A stretch of 63,795 nucleotides of DNA, the filler included, from Chiloscyllium plagiosum (Eukaryota), in NCBI RefSeq assembly GCF_004010195.1. It is 3 parts of one record of this genome, joined end to end, with 100 filler letters (N's around TTAATTAATTAA, not from the genome) between each part and the next. Parts side by side here need not be neighbours in the genome. Positions count along the whole stretch, not along the records: positions 26,747 to 56,125 come from NC_057710.1; 2 more parts are not named here. One strand, written 5' to 3'. How positions within the stretch are numbered: the stretch's first letter is position 1; each line of letters starts with the position of its first letter. Of this stretch, positions 39,625 through 52,049 are shown piece by piece. Under the pieces are notes generated by a model that did no database searches, was not told the origin of the DNA, and saw nothing but the letters and a program-made list of their open reading frames with translations. Made by a program: the position numbers and the translations under genes.

Positions 39625-41505
39625 TAGACAATAGACAATAGGTGCAGGAGTAGGCCATTCAGCCCTTCGAGCCTGCACCACCATTCAATATGATCATGGC
39701 TGATCATTCCTAATCAGTATCCTCTTCCTGCCTTATCTCCATAACCCTTGATTCCACTATCTTTGAGAGCTCTATCCAACTCTTTCTTAAATGAATCCAG
39801 AGACTGGGCCTCCACTGTCCTCTGGGGCAGAGCATTCCACACAGCCACCACTCTCTGGGTGAAGACGTTTTTCCTCATCTCTGTCCTAAATGGTCTACCC
39901 CGTATTTTTAAGCTGTATCCTCTGGTTCGGCACTCACCCATCAGCGGAAACATGTTTCCTGCTGCTGGAGTGTCCAATCCTTTCATAATCTTATATGTCT
40001 CAATCAGATCCCCTCTCAGTCTTAGACTCCTACAGCATGGAGACAGGCCAATTGGCCCTAACTGGTCCATGCTGATCAAAATGTCTGTCCACACTAACAC
40101 CATTTCTCTGCACTTGGCCCATATCCTCCTAATCCTTTCCAATCCATCTATTTATCCAAATGCCTTTTAAATGTTGTTAACGTATCCACCTTAACCACTT
40201 TTTCTGGCAGCTTATTTCAGATGCATACCACCCTCTGTGTAAAAATGTTGCCCCTCAGCTTCCCTTTTATTCTTCCCCCAAACTTAAACTGATGCCCTTG
40301 ATTCCCAAACTCTTGGAAAAACACTGAGCGCATTCACCCTATGCATGCTTCTCAAGATCTTATACACCTCTATCATGTCCCCCACCCTCAGTCTCCTATG
40401 TTCTACAGAAACAAGTCTGAGCTTTTTTATTGTTTCAGTGGCAAGAAGAGCGGGAGTGTCGACAAGGGGGCTGACGGGCAGGTGAATCACTGATTTAAAA
40501 ACTTACCTCGTGAATAGGTGGAGCGCTGCTGAGCAGGAGTGAACACGGGACTGCTGGGTAAGTGAAGTAATATATTTGGGTGGTTCTAAACTCAAGGGTA
40601 TACAAGCCCAGTCGCTTCAGTCTTTCAGTGTAAGGTAATCCCGCCATTCCAGTAATTGACCTCGTGAACCTACGCTGCACTCCCTCAATAGCCAGAATGT
40701 CTTTCCTCAAATTTGGAAACCAGAACTGCATACAGTACTCCACATGTGGTCTCACCAGGGCCCTGTACAGCTGCAGAAGCACCTCTTTGCTTCTATACTC
40801 AAGTCAACTTGTTATGAAGGCCAGCATGCTATTAGCCTTCTTCACTACCTGCTGTACCTGCATGCTTGCCTTCATTGACTGGNNNNNNNNNNNNNNNNNN
40901 NNNNNNNNNNNNNNNNNNNNNNNNNNNNNNNNNNNNNNNNNNNNNNNNNNNNNNNNNNNNNNNNNNNNNNNNNNNNNNNNNNNNNNNNNNNNNNNNNNNN
41001 NNNNNNNNNNNNNNNNNNNNNNNNNNNNNNNNNNNNNNNNNNNNNNNNNNNNNNNNNNNNNNNNNNNNNNNNNNNNNNNNNNNNNNNNNNNNNNNNNNNN
41101 NNNNNNNNNNNNNNNNNNNNNNNNNNNNNCCCTAATTTTACTCACTAACCTTCTGTGTGGGACTTTATCAAAAGTTTTCTGAAAGTCCAGGTACACTACA
41201 TCTACTGGATCTCCCTCGTCCATCTTCAGAGTTACATCCTCAAAAATTCAAGAAGATTAGTCAAGCATGATTTCCCCTTCATAAATCCATGCTGACTCTG
41301 TCCTATCCTGTTACTACTATCCAGATGTGCCGTAATTTCATCCTTTGTAATAGACTCCAGCATCTTTCCCACCACTGAGGTCAGACTAACTGGTCTATAA
41401 TTTCCTGCTTTCTCTCTCCCACCTTTCTTAAAAAGTGGTATAACATTAGCCACCATCCAATCCTCTGGAACCGACCCCGAATCTATCGAACTCTGGAAAA
41501 TAATA
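39625..41505 (-). mobile_element. CR1 LINE, 5'-truncated, interrupted at 40024-40583, gap 40883-41129
   Basis: Minus-strand ORFs 41232-41570, 40804-41223, 40495-40782 and 39714-40142; tail tagacaatagacaatag. Confidence 0.9.
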
Positions 41506-41938
41506 CAGGTCTTGAATTGTATTCTGGAATTCAGATGAACTGTTCTGATTAGGTTGGATGCATCCATCAAGTGCTCAAGCCTCTACACCCCTCAGAGCAC
41601 CCATATGTTCTAAATTTTGGGTGAATTGAGGGTGTGTCTTCACACTCACAACTTCTGAGGCTTGAATGCCATGAATGTATTTGCACTTCTTTGCCCTCAT
41701 CTAAAATGTTGCCCAGCTCTTGCTGCATTCAGACGTGGACTGTTTGTTTCTGACGAGTTGTACAGGTCTGTGCAATCAACAGGAAAACTCCCCTCTTACT
41801 CACATTTTATAAGGTCTCCTTGATGATTCATTTGGTCAAATACTATCTCGATAGCAAGGACAAGTACTGTGATGCCATCTCTGGAATTGACCTCCTTTGA
41901 GTTTGCTAATTGATTGGTCTTTTCAGAAACTGAACATC

Positions 41939-42492
41939 GGGGAGTCAGGACGCCTTCTTGCAGATCATTTCAGGGACAACCTCACCATCCCGTGGCTGAA
42001 CACTTCAACTCCCCCTCCCACTCTGTCAAAGACATGCAGGTGCTGGGCCTCCTCCACCGCCAAACAGTTACCACCCGACGCCTGGAGGAGGGACGCCTGG
42101 AGGAGGAACGCCTCATATTCCATCTTGGGACCCTGAAACCACACGGGATAAATGTGGATTTCAAAAGCTTCCTCATTCCACCCCCCCCCAAATTATTCCA
42201 GTCCCAAGCCTCCAACTCAGCACCACCCTCCGGATTTGTCCATCACTTCCCCCTGTGACCTATTACCTTCTCTCTCTTCCTTCATCCACCTATCGCTTTC
42301 TGAGCTACCTTTCAAACCCCACCACCCCCTCCTATTTATCTCTCAGTCCTGACCCACAAGCCTCATTCCTGATGAAGGGCTTATGCCTGAAACGTCGATT
42401 CTCCTGCTCCTCTGATGCTGCCTGACCTGCTGTGCTTTTCCAGCACCACATTCTCAATTCTGATCTCTACCATCTGCAGTCCTCACTTCCTC
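41939..42492 (+). mobile_element. PLE 3' fragment (GIY-YIG end + pLTR)
   Basis: IGESGRLLADHF, PVAEHFNSPSH, RLEEERLIFHLGTLKPHGIN; TSD ctgaacatc / ctgaatatc. Confidence 0.9.
42365..42400 (+). ncRNA. Minimal type I hammerhead ribozyme motif (PLE pLTR)
   Basis: attc-CTGATGA-a-gggc-ttat-gcct-GAAAC-GTC-gatt: intact core, stem II, palindromic ACGT stem III, weak stem I. Confidence 0.75.
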
Positions 42493-42712
42493 CTGAATAT
42501 CATTGAGCAGATTATTGTGGAGCAAGTGTAGCTTGATAGCACTGTCGACAACCATTTGATCACTTTGGCTGACAGGTTAGTAATTGTCTGGATTGAATTA
42601 CTCCTATTTTTCAAGAACAAGATATAGCTGGGCAATTTTCCAGCATGTTAGGTAATGGAATTGTTGTAGCTGTACTGGAAAGATTTAGCAAAAGACACAA
42701 ATAGTCCACAAT

Positions 42713-43220
42713 TATAGAATCCCTGCAGTGTGGAAACAGGCCGTTTGGTCCAACAAGTCCATAGGTAAAAACAATGACTGCAGATGCTGGAAACCAGATT
42801 CTGGATTAGTGGTGCTGGAAAAGCACTGCAGTTCAGGCAGCATCCGAGGAGCAGTAAAATCAACGTTTTGGGCAAATGCCCTTCATCAGGAATACAGGCT
42901 TCAGGCACTCTGCAGATTTTACTGCTCCTCGGATGCTGCCTGAACTGCTGTGCTTTTCCAGCACCACTAATCCAACAAGTCCATACCGACCTTCCAAATA
43001 GTAACCCATGCAGACCCATTCCCCCAACCTATTATTCTACATTTACCCCTGACTAATGCACAGTCTTTGGACTGTGGGAGGAAACCAGAGCAGCTGGAGA
43101 ATATCCATGCAGACATAGGGAGAATGTGCAAATTCCACACAGACAATCACCTGAGGCTGGAATTGATCCTGAGTCCCTGGCACTGTGAGGCAGCAGTGCT
43201 AACCACTAAGCTACCATGTA
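42713..43220 (-). mobile_element. HE1-like V-SINE interrupted by a fold-back element
   Basis: ttggactgtgggaggaaacc and ctgtgaggcagcagtgctaaccact on the minus strand match 59148-59472. Confidence 0.85.
42764..42970 (-). mobile_element. PLE-derived fold-back element with one HHR remnant, 15-bp TSD
   Basis: TSD tccaacaagtccata at 42749-42763 and 42971-42985; inverted arms. Confidence 0.92.
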
Positions 43221-43519
43221 GTATATGCCTTCAGTACTCCAGCTGGGATGTTTTGTCATGACCTTGACTGTATTCAGCATGTTTACTGTTATCTTGACAT
43301 CACATGGAATGAATTTAATTGGCTGAAAAACTGGTATTTGGTGGGATCTCAGGAAGAGACTGAGATGGATCAACCATTGGACATTTCTGAACATTGTTGA
43401 GAACAATTCAACCTGATTTTTATGACTTATGTATGTTTTTCTGCCATTATTGAGCATAGGGAGATTCATAGATCCTCCTACTCCTGATAGTTATTTAGTT
43501 GTCCACTATCATTTAATAA

Positions 43520-43637
43520 GGGCAAATGCCCGAAACATTGATTCTCCTGCTCCTCGGATGCTGCCTGACTTCCTATGCTTTTCCAGCAACACACTCTCGA
43601 CTCTAATCTCCAGCACCTGCAGTCCTCGCTTTCTCCA
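43520..43637 (+). mobile_element. PLE pLTR 3' fragment
   Basis: gggcaaatgcccgaaacattgattctcctgctcctcggatgctgcc..., starting in HHR stem II. Confidence 0.85.
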
Positions 43638-44417
43638 AGTCAACATACGGCATCACAGGATGGTGATCTGATTCTTGGCCTTGAGATGATTTAGCTCTGT
43701 CTATCTAATGTTATTCTCCTGAGCAGAATGGATAAGGTGTATACCTGGAGGATGTTTCTTCTTGCAGAACACTGAAACTAAGGCACATTGTTAACGAGTA
43801 AGATGTCTCACTTTCAAACAGAAATGAGAAATATGTTTTTCTCTGAAGGTCACAGGTAGGATTTTTCTTCCTTAGAAAGTATTGGAGGGTGTGAATTCAA
43901 ATTATTGAAAGCTGAATTAGGGGATTTTGGTGATTTTGGTATCAATGGCTTGGCCAGCATTTATTTCTCATCTCTAATTTCCCTGGGGAAGATGCTAATG
44001 AGCAATCTTCCTATGCACCTGCAGAAAGAGCTATATTGCGTGAACAGGAAAGTTGAGCTGAGGCCATTACCAGATTAGCCATGAGTTTATTGAATAGAGG
44101 TGAAAGCTCAAGGAGCCAAATGGCCTCTCCTGGTTCCTAATTCCTATGTCCCTCTCCTGCTTCCACATTTAGGAAGGAGTTACTCCTGTGTTGTAATTTC
44201 GTCAGGTTGGCACATCATTTCATACCTGGAGCTAGTCCTGCATGAGTGTCTAATTGAATTAGGATTGATTTACTGGCTTTTGGGAACAGCAGACTGAAGG
44301 AAACAGCATTCTGGATCACGGGGTTATAGATTCTGGTTGAATACAACTTGTTGTTGTTTTTGGTGGGCCATATCATCATGTTGGGAAAGCCCAGTTTTGA
44401 GCTGCTAGATCTGTTTT

Positions 44418-47148
44418 CAATGTGGTTGACTCTCAGTTGGCTCTGAAATGGCCTAACAAGCCATTCAGATGTACCAATCACTACAAAATCTCAAAGAAAT
44501 GAAGCCGAACGGATCACCTGGCATTGACCTACACACCGGAAAAACAATGGCAGAAACAGCCCTGTCGATCCTGCAAAGTCCACCTTATTAATATCTGGGG
44601 GTTATTACCAAAATTGGGAGAGCTTCTCACAGACCAGCCAAGCAACAACCTGACATAGTCATACCCACAGAATCATACCTTACAGACAATATCTGATTCA
44701 CCACTATCACCATCTCTGGATATGTCCTTTCCCAGTAGCAGGACAGACCCAGCAGACATGGTGGCACAATGGTACACAGATGGGAGGGAGCTGGTCTGGG
44801 AGTCCTGAACATTGACTCAGTTTAAATGTGGGGAAGGAAATCTCCTGCTGATTACTAAGTATCATCCTCTCTCAGCTGATGAAGCAATACTCCTCCGGGT
44901 TGAACAACACTTAGAGGAAGCACTGAGGATGGCAAGAGCATAAAATGTACTTTAAGTGGGGGATTTCAATATTCACCACAACAGTGGCTTGGCAGCTGGT
45001 CGGGTCCTAAAGGTCTTTGCTGCCAGATTGGGTTGCATTAGATGGCAAGGGAACCAACAAGAGGGAAAAAACATACTTGATCTCATCCTTACCAATCTGT
45101 CCATGGCAGTATTGATAAGATTGACCATCGCACAGTCCTTGTGGAAATGAAGTCCCATCTTCGCATTGAGAATAACCTCCATCCTGTTGTATAGCACTAT
45201 CAAAGGCTAACTGAGACAGACTTCAAACAGATATAGCAACCCAAGATTGGGCATCCATGATGTACAGCGGGCCCATCAACAGCAGCAGACCTGCACTCCA
45301 GCAGAATCAGTAACTTTCCATATCCCTCACTCAACCATTACCCTCAAGCCAGGGGTTCAACCCTGGTTCAATGGAAAGTGCAGGAGGGCATGCCAGGGTC
45401 AGTACCAAGTATACCTGAAGATGAGGCGTCAACCTGGTAAAGCCACCAAACACTTGCACACAAAACAACCTAAGCAGCAAGTGACAGACAGAGCTAGGCA
45501 ATCCCATAACCAACAGATCAGACCGAAGCTCTGCAGTCCATAAATGGTGATGAACAATTAAATAACTCACTGGAAGAGGAGGCTCCACAAATATTCCCAT
45601 CCTCAACGATGCAAGAGCCTAGTACATTCAGTGTGAGAGATAAGGCTGAAGGTTTCACAGTAATCTTCAGCCAAAAGTCCTAAGTGGATAAACCATCTCA
45701 GCCTCCTCCACTGGTCCCCAGCATCACAGATACCAATCTTCAACCAATTCGATTCACTCCACATGATATCAAGAAATGGTTGAAGACATTGGATACTACA
45801 AAGTCTGAGGCCCCACAACATTGTGGCAAAAGTACTGAAGATACGTGTTTCATTACTTGCCACTTTCCTAGTCAAGCTCTTCCAGTAGAGTTACATTACT
45901 GGGATTCACCCAACAATGTGCAAAACTGCCCAGGTATGTCCTGTACACAAAAAGCAGGACAAATCGCCCTATCAATCTGTCTCGATCATCAGTAAAGTGA
46001 TAGATAGTGTCATCAACACTGCTATCAAGCAGCACCTGCTCAGCATAACCTAAACAGTGACACCCAGTTTGGGTTCTGCCAGAGTCTCTGAGTTCCTGAC
46101 CTCAATTCAACTGAGCGTGGCATCAAGGAGCCCTAGTAAAATTGGAATCAATGGTATCGGGAACAAGGTCTCCACTGGTTGAAATCATACCTGGCAAGTA
46201 GGAAGATGGTTGAGGTCATTTCAAGTCAGTCATCTCAACTCCTCTGCAGACGTTCCTATAGGATGTTAGTCATCTAGGTTTCAGTTCTTCAGTTTAGTGT
46301 CCCAGGCCCAACCATCTTCAACTACTTCATCAGTGACTTTCCCTCCATCATTGGTCAAAGTAGAAATGTTTGCCAACGATTACACCATATTCAGCAGCAT
46401 TCATGACTGACATTCTGAAGAAGCCAATGTCCAAATGCTGTAAGATACAGATAATCCAGCTTTGGACTGACAAATAGCAAGTAACATTCATGCTGCACAA
46501 ATGCCAAGTGATATCCAGCAAGAGAGAATACATCTATCCTGATATTCCATGGCATTACCATTGCTGAAGTTTCCACTCTCTATTGCCATTGACCAGAAAT
46601 CAAACCGGTTTCATCATATAAATACAGCAGCTACAAAAATGGGTCAGTGGCTAGAAATCCTGCAATGAATAATTCAGCTCATGACACCATAAAACCATCT
46701 ACAAGACACAAGTCAGAAGTGTGACGGATTACTTCCTGCTTGCCTGGATGGGTGCAGCTCCAACAACATTCAAGAAGCTTGGCACCATCCAGAACAAAGC
46801 GGCCCGCTTGATTGGCACCCCATCCACAAACATTCACTCCCTCCATCACTGGGAATAGCATCAGAGTGTACCATTGACAAGATGCACCGCAGAAATTCAC
46901 CAAGGCTTGCTAGACAGCGCTTCCAAATCCATAAGCATTATCATCTCAAAAGACAAAAGCTGCTGATACATGGTAACAATATCACTTCCATGCCATCCTG
47001 GCTTTGAAACATATCATCGTTCCTTTTAAGTTTTTGGGTTGAAGTATGGATGACATTGTGGCTCTACCTACTGCACATGGACAGCAGTAGTTCAAGAAGC
47101 CATCTCACCAGGAGCTTCTCAAGGGCACATGAGGTTGGCAGCAAATAC
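44418..47148 (+). mobile_element. LINE-B, near full-length decayed copy (APE endonuclease + RT, no ORF1 seen)
   Basis: NIWGLLPKLGE, QQPDIVIPTESYL, VGDFNIHH, NILDLILTN, QPIRFTPHDIKKWL, GPTIF, EMFAND; 3' tail cttctcaagggc. Confidence 0.88.
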
Positions 47149-47149
47149 T

Positions 47150-47485
47150 TTTTATTTATTTATTCCTGGGATGGGACCATCGCTGGCTAGGCTAGCATTT
47201 ATTGCCCATCCCTAATTGCCCAGAGGGCAGTTAATAGTCAACCATATTGCTGTGGGTCTGGAGTCACATTTTATCCAGACCAGGTAAGGATGGCAGCTTC
47301 CTTTTCTAAAGGACATCAGTGAACCAGATGCATTTTTCTATCAATCAACAATGGATTCCAGATTTTTATTGAATTCAAATTCCACCATCTGCCATGGAAG
47401 GATTCAGACCTGGGTCCATAGAACATTACCTGGGTCTCTGGATTAAGTGTCCAGCGATAATATTACTAGGCCATCATGTCCCCTT
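47150..47485 (-). mobile_element. SINE-B
   Basis: tRNA-like head (atggcctagtaatattatcgctgg on the minus strand); body and tail shared with other copies. Confidence 0.85.
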
Positions 47486-49174
47486 GTCCAGTCTATGGCG
47501 ACTATGTCCTGCAGGGTCTGGCTAGCTTGGTAGTCAGTTACAAGCTACTCTTGGTGACTTTTCATTACTTAGGTACTCTCTAGAGGGCCAGTACTGACTA
47601 CACTTACTCTTTTACTTGGCAAATATTTGTACAGCCTTACTGTCATTGAAATAGTATAGCCTGCTCTCTGGTTTACTTTAGAACATATTGTTACAAGAAA
47701 CTGTTTTGAATATATTATATGATCTGGCTATCTAGCTACCTTTGTCAATTTTATCAGCCACTGTAAGAGTTCTAAACAGATATTTTGCCTGGGCCATGCA
47801 CAGCTGCTGCCAGCTTTGCTGGAGGAATGGAGACTGTGTTCAATATCAAACCCATGATTAAAATGGTAACTGTATCCAGATGCTGTCCTGAAAACACAGC
47901 ACTGACATTGAACTTAGATTTCCATTTCTCTAGGGCCAGAGTTTGTCCCACGCCATATTTCCAGCAACTAACAAAGTAGAACGAGACTGTTATATTTTCA
48001 TGTGTAAAAATGAATGCAGAGATGGCATTCTACTTTCTGTGTGCATAACAATTTATTTTCATATAACGTGCTTTAACATATCTAATCCATTCTTTGAGCT
48101 CCTTATAACAGCTTTTAATCAGCTTTGCTTACTTTTCTCTCTGTGCATACCGAGGCTTGGCCATTCCAGCACAGTGAGCATCAATAGTAAACAAACTCAC
48201 ATGATCAAATATAATGTAATTCAATTCTGCACTGTTTCAACACTTCTTCATGTGCATTATTCTTGTTGGATTGGATGACTTGATATCTGAAGCCTTTGGT
48301 AAAGAAATAACTCTTAATGATTTTTTTGTCAGATGACAACAAAACAAATATACACAGCAAGATAGCTTTGTTCGTGAATATCTCTGAAGCAGATGGTGAA
48401 TGAAAGCAGCTAACCAAAAGTTATGTAACAATAATGACTTCAATTTGCCAGCAATCAAAACTTAGTTCCTCTCTTGGGGTTCCAATTAATCAGACTCCCT
48501 CAAATTTTCCTTCATAATTTTCTTTCACAAAATTATCACCTAATGAAAAGAAACTATAACAGCTGCACCTGCTCTGTTTATTGCATTTGTATGAAAAAAA
48601 TATACACACAGGGACCTTGAGCAATAATTAGTGTGTCATCAGCTGCTTAGTGAAAGTTTCAGAACATGTTATAGCTTACTGTCAGAGCTTCATAATATAG
48701 GCAGTTCTCTAAGGCTGAGTGCTGAACATTTGCTGGCAAGATTTGTCCTCAGCAACTCATTATCATATGATCTTAGCTCTTTGAGCTGCAAACTGTCGGT
48801 CAGTACTGCAGTACTCAAGCTTTTATCAGTCACTCTTATTTTTGCTCACAGCATTGTAAGTGGCAAAACTGATCTTGCTTCCAGCTAAATTCATTCATTT
48901 TAAAACATGCCAAACCTTAGAGAATAACTGTTAATGTAATGCTGAGATCTATATTGGAAAAAAATCAGAACACTTAAATGAAAGTGAAGAAATGAAAGCA
49001 TTGTCGGTATGTTGAGTTCTAAACTTATTTTCTTTGGTGAAGGATACAGTCATAAGATGGACACCATGCCACAAAGAATAAAATATAAGCCAAGATAAAT
49101 AGAGGAATAGAGAACACTAAGCTCAGGTATTTGAACATGTGAAAACTGTAGGTGGGAGATGAAGGTTATGAAGA

Positions 49175-49566
49175 TGGATTGGCCATGTCAAACTACCCAT
49201 AGTGTTCAGGCTAGCTGTGTTAGCCATGGGAAATGCAGGGTTACAGAGATAGGGTTGGGGGATGGATCTGGGTGGGATTCTCCTTGAAGGGTTGGTGTGG
49301 ACTCGTTGAGTTGAATGGCCTGTTTCCACATTGTGGGGATTTGAGAAAACAGTCAGAGTAGGTGACAGCACGTTTCAAATTTGAGTCCCTGGGTCAAGAT
49401 CCTGGAACTCCTTCACTAATGACATTGCGAGTGTACCTAAATCAAATGAACTACAGTGGTTCAAAGCTGCAGCTCACCATTACCTTCTGAAATGCAACTA
49501 GGGATGGGTCATAAATGCTGGCCCAGGCCTCAGCATCCCACATCCTGTGCACAAATTAAAACAAAA
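49175..49566 (+). mobile_element. HE1-like SINE 3' fragment (49175-49345) followed by a LINE-B 3' tail (49385-49566)
   Basis: ggattggccatg...ggcctgtttccacattgt; gcagctcaccattaccttct...actagggatggg. Confidence 0.7.
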
Positions 49567-50199
49567 ATGTATTCATTTATGTAACCTATTATTCTGCTTA
49601 ACTGTAACTGCTATAGATTTTATCAATTTAACATCATGTGACACTGCTTAGCAAAATGTAGCAAAGAAATGCACAATGGGCTTTTGTTCAAGATGAAGAT
49701 AACACACTAGCATCTTTCAAAACTACACAACCAACCAATGTCAGAAGTTTCTGTTAAGCTTATTTCCATTTCCCAGAACTAATCTGAAGGAAATGGAGCC
49801 CTAAAGGTTGAATTGCACAAATTAAGATTCTCCCAGATTGGTAAATCCCTAAATTGGCAAAAGAGTAAGGCAAAGAGGGAGTTACAGGATGAAGAAAGTA
49901 ATAATACTTGTGCTATACATTGGCTTTGTTTCAACTTGTAGTGTCATAGCAGAGATACAATTAGATTTGACTAAATGTAACATTTGTATTAGCTTTAAAT
50001 TCACATCTGTGAAAGCTTTAGAATTTTATTACCTAAGACTACATATTGACTGATTCTAATAAAATAACTCACTTATTCTTTAAGCATGCTCTGAATAATA
50101 ATTTGTTTATCTTAGTACTTAGGCATCTTTTATATTAGTTTCATATTGTTCTGAAGTTATGAGTGTTATTTCGTTATATCCTTTATCTTAAAAACTAAG

Positions 50200-50917
50200 A
50201 ACCTTGTACTGGCATACTCAAATACAGGGTCAAAAACATGACCAAACAGTTCCTAAAAGTAAAGGGTCAAATGTTTAATTTAATAAGGAACTTATATCGA
50301 TTAAATGAAAATGTAAGTGATGAATTCAAGTATCAATCATGGGCTCCTTACAATAAATATCTCCCTATCCCCATCAAATGATCAAGGAAGATAACATAAA
50401 CTATCCTCTTGCCTTAACAAGGGTCATAAAACTATAATGAAGAGAATGAGTTCTTGTATAATTGTCACATTAAAGAACCAATCAGGAAATTATGGGAGAT
50501 GATATCTGTCAACATCAATCACCCTTAACAGCCAATTAGAGATTGATCACATACCCCATTAGACCACATAGATATGTGCCTCACTTCACCTAGGCCAATC
50601 AGAGTATAATGCTATAATTTGTCACACTGCCTTGGAAAATGCTAATAAGCAGCTTTCACTTAATAAGGCATGCACCATGTTTGAAGTTGAAGTTACTCTG
50701 CTGTCCAAACATAAGGAGAAGACACCAGAGTTGCTGGAAAAAGACCAGAGACCAAATATCAACCCTCTGTACTAAGATGAACTGGAAAGCAAGAGTTGTA
50801 GCATGTTTGTGAAGTTATTGTTCCTGCTTTGAAAAGTACAACTTATTAAGTAAAGTTTCCAAAGTTACTGCACCAGACTGTCTCTTATTCCCTTATTGGT
50901 AAAGTCTCAAATAAACA
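50200..50917 (+). mobile_element. Possible solo LTR
   Basis: Three CCAAT boxes (50478, 50532, 50595), AT-rich TATA-like tracts, AGTAAA near 50850, ends ...aataaaca; no TSD found and the left end is uncertain. Confidence 0.35.
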
Positions 50918-50989
50918 GGTAAATATTGTGACTTGAATTTAAATACTAACCAAGAACTTCCTCCAGACAAAATGGACAATTTCATGTTT

Positions 50990-51590
50990 TCCCAAGTTTT
51001 ACTCCATTTCACAGCTTTGCCCTCTCCTCTAACCTGTCTCTATATTCTTGAAGCCTCCTTATCACAATTTAATTTCTCAGCTATGTAGTGTTGTCAGCAA
51101 ATTTCACAACTACATCTTTGATCCCATATCTAGGCCTTTTTTATAAATTGTAAACAGTTGAGGTTTGTGCACCAATTTCTGTGACACACAACTTAAGAGT
51201 AAATCTTTTTCAAATGCAATGTCTACCCTCTGTTTCCTGCTAGCCAGTGAATCTTCTATCCATACCAATATGTTAACCCTACACCATGGACTTTAAGTTT
51301 TCACAATATCCGTTGATATGATATCTTGGCAAATGCCTTCTGGAAACCAGAGTATAGTGTCTCCACCAATTTACCTTTGTCCATAATGTATGTTACCTCC
51401 TCAAAGAACTCCAATAGATTGGTCAAACATAATTTTCCTTTCACAAAGTCATGCTGACTTGACATGATTATCTTGAATTTATATAAGTGGCCTGTTATAA
51501 CTTTAATAAAAGCTTCTAACATATTTCCTAGGAGAAATCCTAAGATATCTGACCTGTAGTTTCCTATTTTAGATCTCTCTCCATTTCTGA
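50990..51590 (-). mobile_element. Old CR1 RT fragment
   Basis: SQHDFVKGKLCLTNLLEFFEEVT...FQKAF (51301-51522). Confidence 0.85.
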
Positions 51591-51659
51591 ATGCGTCACT
51601 TGGTAGATATGTGTGCGTGGAGAGCAGGAAGCAACACTGATTATATCATTGATGTTTCA

Positions 51660-52000
51660 GAGAAAGAGATGTGTGTGGGGGTCCAAAAAGGACTGGCGAT
51701 GTAACACTTACTCTTTCACCTCCTCCCTGTCTTGTCCCAAACACACCTTTCAGGCGAAACAGCATTTTTCTTGTGCTTCTTTCAATCTAGTCTACCGTAT
51801 TCATTGATCACAATGCAAACTCCTCCCCAATTGTGAGACCAAATGTAGACTGGTGACTATGTTGTGGAAAATCTCTACTTTGTCCATAAGAACGTCCTTG
51901 ACATTCCAATTGCCTGCCATTTCAATAAACCACCGTATTTGCACACAAATATTTTCACCCTGTTACAGTGTTGAACTGAGGCTGAATGTAAGTCAAACTT
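51660..52000 (+). mobile_element. Old PLE GIY-YIG fragment
   Basis: RCNT, TFQAKQHFSCASFNLVYRIH, ETKCRL and PIACHFN remnants. Confidence 0.7.
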
Positions 52001-52049
52001 AAAAGATTAATTCTACATAATCTATCTCAGTGGCCAGTTATTTAACACC

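Larger units (their letters stand above)
42500..44417 (-). mobile_element. Fragmented LINE-B with nested SINE, PLE and CR1 (about 43720-44150) pieces
   Basis: Reverse-complement similarity to 45230-46100 (QPIKFIPCDVK, gcccagttttgagctgctagatc). Confidence 0.65.
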
